Shown here in pieces: positions 1 through 8,242 of a stretch of DNA of 40,298 bases. The notes below the pieces were generated by a model. The model searched no databases. It was not told the DNA's origin and saw nothing but the letters and a program-made list of their open reading frames with translations. This DNA is from Mesotaenium endlicherianum. Taxonomy: Eukaryota. The stretch is taken from positions 205,967 through 246,264 of the forward strand of contig WELA01000853.1 of the NCBI GenBank assembly GCA_009602735.1. Reading direction: 5' to 3'. The stretch's first letter is position 1. Every line of letters begins with the position of its first letter. A program made the translations under genes and the position numbers.

Positions 1-12
1 TGATTCATTACA
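1..12 (-). repeat. First 12 nt of the chromovirus 3' LTR
   Basis: tgattcattaca is identical to 8231-8242. It reads TGTAATGAATCA on the minus strand, directly after a purine-rich tract. Confidence 0.8.
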
Positions 13-27
13 ATCCCTCCAACTTAA
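13..27 (-). promoter_or_regulatory. Polypurine tract (3' PPT)
   Basis: Minus strand TTAAGTTGGAGGGAT abuts the TG of the 3' LTR. Confidence 0.75.
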
Positions 28-124
28 CTTGTTGTCGCCTCGACAACATTAAACTGCAGAAATAATAATAAGGGAACTGAACCTGACCAGCCTCCCTTAC
101 TGATTGCCTCTTCAGCGTGTCACC

Positions 125-1801
125 TTAAGGGGTTGTTCCTGGGGCTTCAGGGTCAGGAGACGGAAATCTGGACCTAGATCTGGACAGCCCTCTAGGCCTG
201 TCAGCTGGCCTTCTAAAGAACCCTGTTTGCTCTAAAGTTGGCCCTCGAGGAGAACGGAGGATGGTGGCCTGCTCTTCAACCACTTGGGTGTTGATTCCCA
301 CATAGACAGGCATTCCAGTAGGATGCTGAAATACATTGGCTAGAGGTACATGCCCCTGAGCGGAGGGGGAGGCTGGCATACCTCTGGCCCACCCGCGTGT
401 CCCTCTTCTGGCACCCCTGTCCTCTGGGGAATCCTGCCTGTGTCTGCTGCCCAGTACAGTCAGATTAGCTTCTTCCCCTGCTTGGGCAGGTGGGCTGGGG
501 TCGCGAGCGCGGGGTCCAGTTGTCGCCATAACGGGGATCACATTCCACACCCCTGATCGTGGTTCTTTAGGAAGTGCCACTGCCTGTCCCTGGGTATCCT
601 GAGTACCTGCTGCTGATGCTTCTCCTCTGCCTTGTTGTTCTTCCTCATCCTCCTCATCCTCCTCCTCGGAAAGAGTAGGGGTCTCGTCCACTAAGTCGTC
701 CTGCTCCCTAGTAGACATGGAGTAGTCTACCGACCTCCCTTTCTCAGGGCGCGCTGGAGGTTGCTTGGCCTTCAGCCTACTGGTATCAATCCGGCCTGCA
801 TTCTTTGCCCATTTGACAAAGGCATGCTTTCCCTTAGAGAAGTAGTCTCTTCCCCTCCTCCTATGTTCCTTGGTCTCTGCATTCATATTGCTCAGGCATC
901 CATTCAGCCTGGGGTCCCAAGGGGCAATGTGAGGTGGTAGGATGAGATAGCCGTCTAGGCCATAGTGGAAGTCATCCGGTTGGGCTCGGTCACACTCCTG
1001 CTTCTTATTTGTGACGGTCATCCACCTCCAGTCTGTTGGCTGCTGGTAGTACTGGGGTCCGTGCTCAGCCTTCCTCAGTTTACACGGGAACCAGTGGGGA
1101 GAGAACATCTGCTGTCCTGCTTCCCTGGCCAAGTACTCCCAGCTCCTTCTCTCAACTTCATTGTAAGCTGGCAGGAGTGTGAGGTAGAATACCGTATCCT
1201 TAAAGCTATCGGGCCGCATGCTCACCATCCGGATGAGTCTCTGATCTTTCACTATTCCCGGTATGGGGACCGGCTTGTCCTCTGAATCATGTGCGAGATA
1301 CCGGGCCTGCTCCGCTGTATAGCCCACCATCTTAGCATAATCTTTGTAAAGGACCACGCCGGTGTGTGTTTCGATGTACCTATCCAGTGCTGTAGCTCCT
1401 TCCTTCTGTAGCAGTGTTGTCTGTTCCAGCCTGTTGATCTCCTGGGCTGCCAGCAATGCTTCCTTCAGGTTATCGAAGTTTTGGCCACCCACCACAGTAT
1501 ACCTGTAAGTGGCCAAGCTCTTCTGTCTGTCCGCTTCAATCTTTTTCCTTTTCTCCTCTTCTGCCGCTGCCGCTTCTTCTTGCTGTTTCTTCTGTCTCTC
1601 CTCCTCAGCCTTCCTGAGGTTTTCCGCTTCCTGATCCTTCTTCCTCTGTGCCTCTTCTGCCGCCTCTTGTTGTTTGCGGACCCTTTCTTGTTCTCTCCTG
1701 GTGAGGGACGTCGCCGCCAGCTCCTTCTGGTATTGCTCCATTGTCCTCCTGGCTTCTTCTGCCTTGCGCTTTCTGTCCTCCTTTTGTGTGGTGGGCGCCA
1801 T
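125..1801 (-). CDS. Accessory ORF3 of the chromovirus (about 558 aa): N-terminal coiled coil, aromatic-rich globular-looking core, acidic/disordered C-terminus; function unknown
   Basis: Uninterrupted 1.7-kb ORF in the same sense as gag/pol, between the pol stop and the PPT. Likely start ATG at 1801 (MAPTTQK...), directly after a splice acceptor. No transmembrane-length hydrophobic run seen. Confidence 0.85.
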   Translation of the reverse strand: MAPTTQKEDRKRKAEEARRTMEQYQKELAATSLTRREQERVRKQQEAAEEAQRKKDQEAENLRKAEEERQKKQQEEAAAAEEEKRKKIEADRQKSLATYRYTVVGGQNFDNLKEALLAAQEINRLEQTTLLQKEGATALDRYIETHTGVVLYKDYAKMVGYTAEQARYLAHDSEDKPVPIPGIVKDQRLIRMVSMRPDSFKDTVFYLTLLPAYNEVERRSWEYLAREAGQQMFSPHWFPCKLRKAEHGPQYYQQPTDWRWMTVTNKKQECDRAQPDDFHYGLDGYLILPPHIAPWDPRLNGCLSNMNAETKEHRRRGRDYFSKGKHAFVKWAKNAGRIDTSRLKAKQPPARPEKGRSVDYSMSTREQDDLVDETPTLSEEEDEEDEEEQQGRGEASAAGTQDTQGQAVALPKEPRSGVWNVIPVMATTGPRARDPSPPAQAGEEANLTVLGSRHRQDSPEDRGARRGTRGWARGMPASPSAQGHVPLANVFQHPTGMPVYVGINTQVVEEQATILRSPRGPTLEQTGFFRRPADRPRGLSRSRSRFPSPDPEAPGTTP

Positions 1802-1802
1802 C

Positions 1803-1832
1803 CTGCACATGTAACCAGGGCACAAGTTAGTA
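1803..1832 (-). promoter_or_regulatory. Branch point plus 3' splice acceptor in front of ORF3
   Basis: Minus strand TACTAAC (1832-1826) ...TACATGTGCAG|G ATG, with AG at 1804-1803 and ATG at 1801-1799. Confidence 0.7.
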
Positions 1833-2130
1833 GGATATGGACCTTTGTCATAGGGATTGCAGGAAGTATGTTAGTATTAGTATAGTGGCTTCGCTGCTGT
1901 TTACCTTACAGGATGATTGTTAAAAGTTGACGTAGTTGCGATGCACTACACATAAACGTATGAGTGTGTTTTAGGGTGAGTTAAGTGATGTAGTGTTATG
2001 CGAGGCCCTTTTTCCTTCTGCTCAAGGTGCGTTATGTGGGCCAGGCTGTCCCCTCTGTCATTATGTTGACACTTAGGGTTCACGTAACTGTTCTTTTATC
2101 GCTCTCGCTCACTAACTGTCATATATTTTC

Positions 2131-2143
2131 CCCTCCAACTTAA
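2131..2143 (-). promoter_or_regulatory. Second (internal) PPT copy
   Basis: ccctccaacttaa is identical to 15-27 and lies about 80 nt downstream of the pol stop. Confidence 0.65.
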
Positions 2144-2155
2144 ATGGAGACAGGA

Positions 2156-2220
2156 CCGCCTGTCACCTTCCCGTGTCAACTGAAATGNCCGCCTGTCACC
2201 TTCCCAAGTCAACTGACATG
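2156..2220. repeat. Two 32-nt tandem units separated by an N (possibly a collapsed array)
   Basis: ccgcctgtcaccttcccgtgtcaactgaaatg N ccgcctgtcaccttcccaagtcaactgacatg. Confidence 0.8.
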
Positions 2221-2224
2221 ACAG

Positions 2225-5094
2225 TTATGGAGGGACTCCAGCGGCCTGAAGGTGGAACCGTGTCATCGCCCCTTTGGCATTGGTCAAGTGGTTCTTAAAC
2301 TCCCAAGTGTCCCCAGAGGCATCATAACCCTTCCATCGAATGAGGTATTTCATGACATATTTAGACGATCGACGGACGGAGCGAGCGTCTAAAATCTCAT
2401 CGACCTCATATTCCTCAGGGTCGCCGTCCCGGACAGCGGGGACCGGTCCCGGTTGGACAGGGAACCGACTTGTGAACAGTGTATCACCTTTGATATACGG
2501 TTCCAGGAAGGAGATATTAAAGACCGGGTGCCCCTTGTATTCAGCTGACATGTTCAGTTTGTAAGCATTCTGACCGACACGACGGACCACCGAATATGGA
2601 CCGACCCAGACAGGGCCAAGCTTTTTCTTGACCACACCAGGGAGGTACAGGTGCTGAGAATGCAGTTTGACTAAATCCCCCTTGGAAAATGTCAGTTCCC
2701 GACGGTGTTGATTAGCGTATTTTTGTTGGTTTTCTTGGGCCGTGTGCAAGTTTCGTTGGACTTCTGACAGGGTGTCAGCAAACTCCTGAGTTAACTGGAG
2801 GGAGACCGGGTTGTCAATCCCTTCAGGGTGAGTTAAAGATTCCCCTAGCACATCTAGAGGAGACTTAGGGACTCTACCCAGGCTGAGTTCAAAAGGAGTT
2901 TTGCCCGTTGACGCGTGCACCGCACTGTTGACCGCAAACTGAATTTGAGGCAACAGGTCATCCCAATTATCTTGTTTTTGGTTAATATATGCTCTCAGCA
3001 CCTCCTGCAGAACTCGGTTAGTTCTTTCAGTCTGCCCATCAGTCTGAGGGTGGTTTGCTGTGCTGAGCAGCTGTTTGACTCCCATTAACCCCATTAAAGC
3101 TCTCCAGAACTTAGAGGTGAATTTTGAGTCTCTGTCTGAGATGATATTAGAAGGGAGCCCATGTTGGCATACTACATGGTTGTAAAACTGTCTCGCTGTT
3201 TCGAGTGCAGTCACTTTGACAGTTGTGGGGATAAAAATGACCATTTTTGTCAGTTTATCCACGACTACCAGTATTGAATCATGCCCGTTGGCAGTTCTTG
3301 GTAGTGAGACCACCCAGTCCATGGATATAGTTTCCCAGCGTCCCGCTGGGATGGGTAGCGGTTGCAAGAGACCTCCGGGTGGTGTGTGCCGAGACTTATT
3401 TCTCTGACACTGGTCACAGGACTTGACATATTTCAAGACCTCCCGGGGTAACCCCTCCCAATGATAATGTTTTGCCAGTTTGCCAACAGTTTTGGCCTGC
3501 CCCAAATGTCCACCCAGGAGACTGTCATGAGCTTGACTCAGTAAGAGAGACCTTATTTCCAAATTATTAGGAATGACCAGCTTCAGCCTGCCTGAAGTGG
3601 TTTCAGTCACCCAGACCCCTCCCTTGAGCTTATACCCGAGTGCGGTAGCACGACACATACCAGTAGTGGGGCTGGGCTCAAATGTTGGGTCAGAAAGGTA
3701 GGCTTTCCTAAGTTGTTCAAGGAAGGACTTTTTCACCTTTAGTGAAGTGAGTGCACACAGGACTTTATCTACAGTATGCTGACTAAAGTTCCTTTCTTGC
3801 AAGTCAGGTCTTCTAGAGAGTGCATCAGCAGGATTCAACTTCCCTGGTTTGTAGTCGATCTGGACTTGGAACTGCTCCAGCATCTGGCTCCAGCGGTTCT
3901 CCCTCCTCGACAGCTTGGACTTCTTCTGAAAGTGGGTCAGAGCTAGATGATCTGTAATCACCTTAAAAGCTTTACCATGTAAGTATGCTCTCCACTGTTT
4001 GAGTACATGAATGATAGCTAGCAGCTCTTTATCATGCACTGAGTAATTAATCTCCGCTGGATTAAATTTCATAGACTCATACAACACAGGATGCCACTCC
4101 TGCCGTACCTTACCATCCTTTGTGGTTTTGTCAGCAGGCTGCAACAAAATAGCACCCATGGCAAAATCAGAGGCATCAGTAACCACCTGCACCGGTTTGC
4201 TGGGGTCATACACGGCTAGCACTGGGGCAGAACAAAGGGCATCTTTAAGGGTCTGGAAGGCAGCCTGCTGCTCTTCCCCCCACACATACCCGATGTCTTT
4301 CTTAGTAAGGTCAGTCAGTTTACTGGCCTTTGTGGAATAATTCTCAATAAATCTCCTATAGTAGTTAGCCAACCCGAGGAAGGATCTAACTTCAGAGACA
4401 GACTGTGGTACTGGCCAGTCCCTTATGGTCTGGACTTTCTTAGGATCCACACTGATGCCCTCTTTACTGACAACGTGGCCTAAGAATTCAATACTTTCCT
4501 TAAAGAAATCACACTTGCTCATTTTAGCATACAAGTGATTTTTCCGCAGAGTGTCCAGCACTTTCTTTAAGTGTTCAGTGTGCTGAGCTTCATCTTTAGA
4601 GAAAATTAAAATATCATCCAGGAAAACTTTCACAAACTTATCCAAATAAGGCCTGAAAATGTCATTCATAGCACCCATAAAGGTAGCAGGAGCATTAGTC
4701 AGTCCAAATGGCATCACGTTGAACTCATAGTGTCCATAACGTGTGCGGAAAGCAGTCTTGTGTTCATCCCCCTCAGCAATTCTGATTTGATGATAACCAC
4801 TCTTGAGATCTATCTTACTGAACACCTTAGCGCCAGACAGGGTATCAAGCAAGTCCTCGATTCTGGGTAAAGCATACTTGTTCTTTACTGTAATTCTGTT
4901 CAGGGCTCTGTAATCCACACACATCCGCATACTGCCATCCTTTTTCTTAACAAATAGGATAGGTGCGCCGTACGGTGATTTACTGGGAGAAATGTAACCA
5001 TTTTCCTCCAGCTCTGCAATCTGTGTTTTCAACTCCTCACTCTCCAAATAAGACAAGCCATACGTGCGTTGCCAGGGTGGCTGGCTACCAGGTA
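2225..5094 (-). CDS. pol: pol: reverse transcriptase, RNase H, integrase, chromodomain
   Basis: [55 protein letters not shown]. RNase H: TDASD, ELLA, TDH, ADALSR. Integrase: HHCC (H..GHLG..C..CQ), D,D,E (SMDW, SDRD, GQTER), GPY. Chromodomain: [19 protein letters not shown]. Confidence 0.97.
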
Positions 5095-6033
5095 TAAATC
5101 AATCCTATGATCTACTTCCCGCTTAGGGGGTAGTCCTGGAGGCATATTAAACACTTCCGCGTACTGAGCAACAATGTTTGCAGCAGTAGGGTGTTCCGGA
5201 GGGTTTACCTTTTTCTCAACCACTTCTTCAGGTTGAGGAGGTACCTCTCTTAGCAGCAGACAGAACATTCTGTCTTCCTTCTGGTTCCAGCTTTTGACGA
5301 ACTCCATTGCATTCAGCAACTTGCATCCTTCTGGAAGCCTCTTCTTTTCCTTCATTTGCCATCCACACAGGACAAGAGGAAGAGCACTGGTGGGTGCCAA
5401 GTCAGTCTGCCCATCACTGGCTCCTCTCACTTTAACTGTACCTCTGCTCCAACACACTTCAGCTTGATGTCTATTAAGCCAGGACCTGCCTAGCACGAGA
5501 TCATAAAAGCCAGTGTTGAGTACCTCAAATGTAAGCGTTTCAGTTAGAACTGCAATGCCAGAACCTAACTGGACCTCAATAGGCTTGGTTATAACTCCTC
5601 CCGGGATACTTGAGGCATCTCCAAGGAATATTTTTCTATTCCCTTGGGTGACAGTAGGCAGCCTTAGCCGCTTAACTAAGTCCTTGTGAATAAAAGTATG
5701 TGACGCCCCTCCGTCAACAAATGCCCTCACCTTCCTACCTGCAATCATGCAATGCAGTAGGATAGGGGGGACTGTCTTTTCCTGACTTTCGCATTGTTCT
5801 CCTGACGTAGCAAAGAAATGTTGGACATCAGGTGGAACAAGAGCATCCAGAGTGTGCACTCTCTGGACGTCTATATTACTGATGGTCTCCTTTATCTGTT
5901 TGTCAGGCATGCATAGTGAATCCAGTTCAGCAGGACCCATAATACCTGCTACGAGGGCAGCTAGTGACGACTCACTATCTCTAGCATCCTCACAGTCAGT
6001 AGACTGGATTACTGACTGTTGCTGTCTTTTAAA
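5095..6033 (-). CDS. pol: pol N-terminal part: aspartic protease, joined to RT across an apparent 1-nt deletion near 5095
   Basis: [12 protein letters not shown] and [10 protein letters not shown] protease motifs, then [16 protein letters not shown]. Restoring one base (TTA ATA CCT) gives the typical [20 protein letters not shown] linker in the RT frame. Confidence 0.9.
5992..6033 (-). promoter_or_regulatory. Programmed -1 ribosomal frameshift signal (gag to pol)
   Basis: Slippery heptamer T TTA AAA (6033-6027) in the gag frame, a 7-nt spacer, then a perfect 10-bp stem ACAGTCAGTA/TACTGACTGT with an 8-nt loop. The pol frame is -1 and open from 6054. Confidence 0.85.
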
Positions 6034-7487
6034 GGCTGGTCTTTTCTCTCGACCTTAGGCAGGTGCTTGACCGGACACTGTTCTCTGTAGTGGCCTTTCT
6101 GCTGACAATGGTAGCAAGTAGATTTTGCTGAGGCTGGTCTCGGCTTAGTCCTACCACCACCCCTTCCATAGCCACCTCGAGAGGGACCACCTCTACCTCT
6201 AGACTGAATAGCATTGTACTCATACTCATATTCATCACCCTGATTATCCTCAGCCTGGTCTCCTTCAACTGCATTGTAGGAACCGTGGGGCTTTTTGACA
6301 ATCTTAGACACCAAAGCGTTACTCTGGCGCTTGTGATTGAACTGCTGCTGATCCCAGGCGTCAGCATCCTGGATCAAGTCAGCCAGTTTCTCATACTTTT
6401 TCTCAGCAAAATGACCAGAGACCTCGGATTTCAAGCCATACCTGAAGTATGCTATCCTATACCGTTCTGGCAAATCAGGCTGCTTCATCATGTTCTCTTG
6501 GAACTTTTGAGCAAACTCAGCAACTGAAGTGGTCTGCTTCAGTGTCAGGGAGATCATCGCATAGATAGCTTTCTCCTGCTGGTTGATGACATCAAACTTC
6601 TCATGCAACTTCTCGACAAACTCTACCCACGTAGGGTCACCGAGTTGCCGAGCCTTACGCTCTTCCTTCCAGTAAAGCCACCAGTCTGCGGCACTGCCTT
6701 TCAGTAGCGCACCGGTGTGCCTGACCTTCTCGTAATCTTGCAGTTCTGGGTAGTTCTCCAGCCACTGCTCAACATCCGCGAGAAACTTGATCAGGTAATA
6801 TTTTCTGTTTCCCTCAGGATCATAGTCCTGGGGAGGTTTCGGCTTGGGCTTACTAGGCCCTCGGCCACCACCACTAGTGGTGTGAGACCCCAGTTGGTCT
6901 CTGTCCCGGAGTAGGGACATTATGATTCTTTTGTCCTCCTGCTGGGACTGATACATGGTCGCCATTTGCGACTGCATCTGAACGAACAATGCTCCCAAGT
7001 CTACATTTTGGGGTGGTAGATTAGCAAATGCAGCAGCAGCATTGGCATCTACTCGCTGAGTAGTGTCCTCAACAATCCCTCTTGCTCCTGCAGCAGCAAT
7101 TCCTGCCGCATTCAGCCGGTCACGTATTTGACCTAGGGGTACATTGAGTTGTACGGCAGGAGGTGGGTTCAGAACATTGGCCCTTGATGCCATAAGTTCT
7201 TCAACAGTGCGCTCGTCAGCTGGCTGTCCTTCCCTCCTTTGTATATCTTCAGCGGCCTTTGCTACTTGTTCAGCTTCTAGTCTGGCTATCTCCTCCTCAG
7301 CTTGCTGAGCTGCGACTGAGGCAATAGCAGCTGCCTCATCTGCAGCCTCCCTAGCTGCAGTATCCGCTACTGCTTCCGAATAGGTACGGTTTCCCGCTAC
7401 ATGGCTTTCCGCCTGGTTTTCGACATTCTCGTTATCCTGGTTCTCCATGTCTCGGGAGTTGCTAGTTTGAGACCTTGTCCTTACCAT
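6009..7487 (-). CDS. gag: gag (capsid plus CCHC nucleocapsid), 492 aa
   Basis: LLKGSAADWW, TWVEFVEKLHEKF, LKQTTSVAEFAQKF, YFRYGLK, an RGG tract and the CYHCQQKGHYREQC zinc knuckle. Starts 21 nt after the PBS. Confidence 0.95.
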   Translation of the reverse strand: MVRTRSQTSNSRDMENQDNENVENQAESHVAGNRTYSEAVADTAAREAADEAAAIASVAAQQAEEEIARLEAEQVAKAAEDIQRREGQPADERTVEELMASRANVLNPPPAVQLNVPLGQIRDRLNAAGIAAAGARGIVEDTTQRVDANAAAAFANLPPQNVDLGALFVQMQSQMATMYQSQQEDKRIIMSLLRDRDQLGSHTTSGGGRGPSKPKPKPPQDYDPEGNRKYYLIKFLADVEQWLENYPELQDYEKVRHTGALLKGSAADWWLYWKEERKARQLGDPTWVEFVEKLHEKFDVINQQEKAIYAMISLTLKQTTSVAEFAQKFQENMMKQPDLPERYRIAYFRYGLKSEVSGHFAEKKYEKLADLIQDADAWDQQQFNHKRQSNALVSKIVKKPHGSYNAVEGDQAEDNQGDEYEYEYNAIQSRGRGGPSRGGYGRGGGRTKPRPASAKSTCYHCQQKGHYREQCPVKHLPKVERKDQPLKDSNSQ

Positions 7488-7507
7488 ACAAAGAAGACTG
7501 TGATAAC

Positions 7508-7520
7508 TGCTCCGATACCA
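7508..7520 (-). promoter_or_regulatory. Primer binding site, tRNA-iMet type
   Basis: Minus strand TGGTATCGGAGCA, 1 nt after the LTR end; one difference from the plant consensus TGGTATCAGAGC. Confidence 0.9.
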
Positions 7521-7521
7521 C

Positions 7522-8242
7522 TGAAATGAATCGACTTACCAAATAGGCGATTAACAATTAATAAAGATCTTTATATCAGCAAGTAATCTTTATGGTATTT
7601 TCCGTTAACTGGTTAAACGGCAAAGGACAACACACTAGCAGTGAATAATACTCGTAAGTCAAATGCGAGTAAACTAGCATCAATAATGCAAATCAGTAAA
7701 CTCATACATAAGCAAGGTTAGAAGACAGTGCGTATCAATGGCTTCTCGCCTTGGATTCAGATCTCTCTCAGTAAGCTGTACAAGAGAGTTGGCCTCGTTT
7801 CCGAATGCCGAACTCGAGAGCAATGCCTAGCATATGTACATGGAATGAGATTACTGTTCAACGGTCAGTGCGATGGCACCGCCTACCCGGGAGTTAACCA
7901 CGTTGGTAGGACCTCGGTTAACCAAATCCACCGCCATCTCCCATCATCCCGAATAGCCATCCATCATAGGGATGTCATCTGGCTATTCATCTAGCATATC
8001 GCACTTAGATGATATCAAGGCAGTTCGCTGCTACCGAGTACGGAAGTCAGCTTGTTGTCAAAAGAATGTGTCAGCAAGCTGACTTATATGGACTTTCAGC
8101 CTGCTGCTTTCGACTGAGTCATTAAACTGATAATTATGTAAAGTCCAGCAGACTGACTATTAACTAAAGTTCAGCAAGCTGATCTTAATTAACTATTACA
8201 TTTAAATGAATATTATATCCACTGATATACTGATTCATTACA
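7522..8242 (-). repeat. 5' LTR of the chromovirus (721 bp)
   Basis: Minus strand TGTAATGAA...TTCATTTCA (TG...CA with a short terminal inverted repeat). Bounded by the PBS and by the 12-nt match to the window start. Confidence 0.88.

Larger units (their letters stand above)
1..8242 (-). mobile_element. Ty3/Gypsy LTR retrotransposon, chromovirus branch (group I chromodomain), with an extra 3' ORF; 3' LTR runs off the window start
   Basis: Order on the minus strand: LTR (8242-7522), PBS, gag with CCHC knuckle, PR, RT, RNase H, integrase, chromodomain, ORF3, PPT, start of 3' LTR. Bases 1-12 equal 8231-8242 (tgattcattaca). Confidence 0.95.

Noticed and set aside
125..1825. ORF3 as a retroviral Env
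   Set aside because: No signal peptide, fusion peptide or transmembrane segment is visible.
1481..1885. Hydrophobic 134-aa plus-strand ORF
   Set aside because: Antisense shadow of the K/E-rich coiled coil of ORF3.
7479..7487. ATG|GTAAGG at the gag start as the donor for ORF3
   Set aside because: Joining it to the 1802 acceptor puts the gag ATG out of frame with ORF3.
8100..8150. Hammerhead ribozyme in the LTR (minus-strand ...ATGACTCAGTCGAAA)
   Set aside because: Lacks the CUGANGA core and the required helices.
8191..8200. Alternative LTR end at ...aactattaca (8200)
   Set aside because: The 12-nt identity with the window start next to the PPT places the end at 8242.
8206..8242. N-terminus of ORF 8206-8454 as genuine integrase
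   Set aside because: These codons are LTR sequence that happens to be in frame; integrase similarity starts at 8243.
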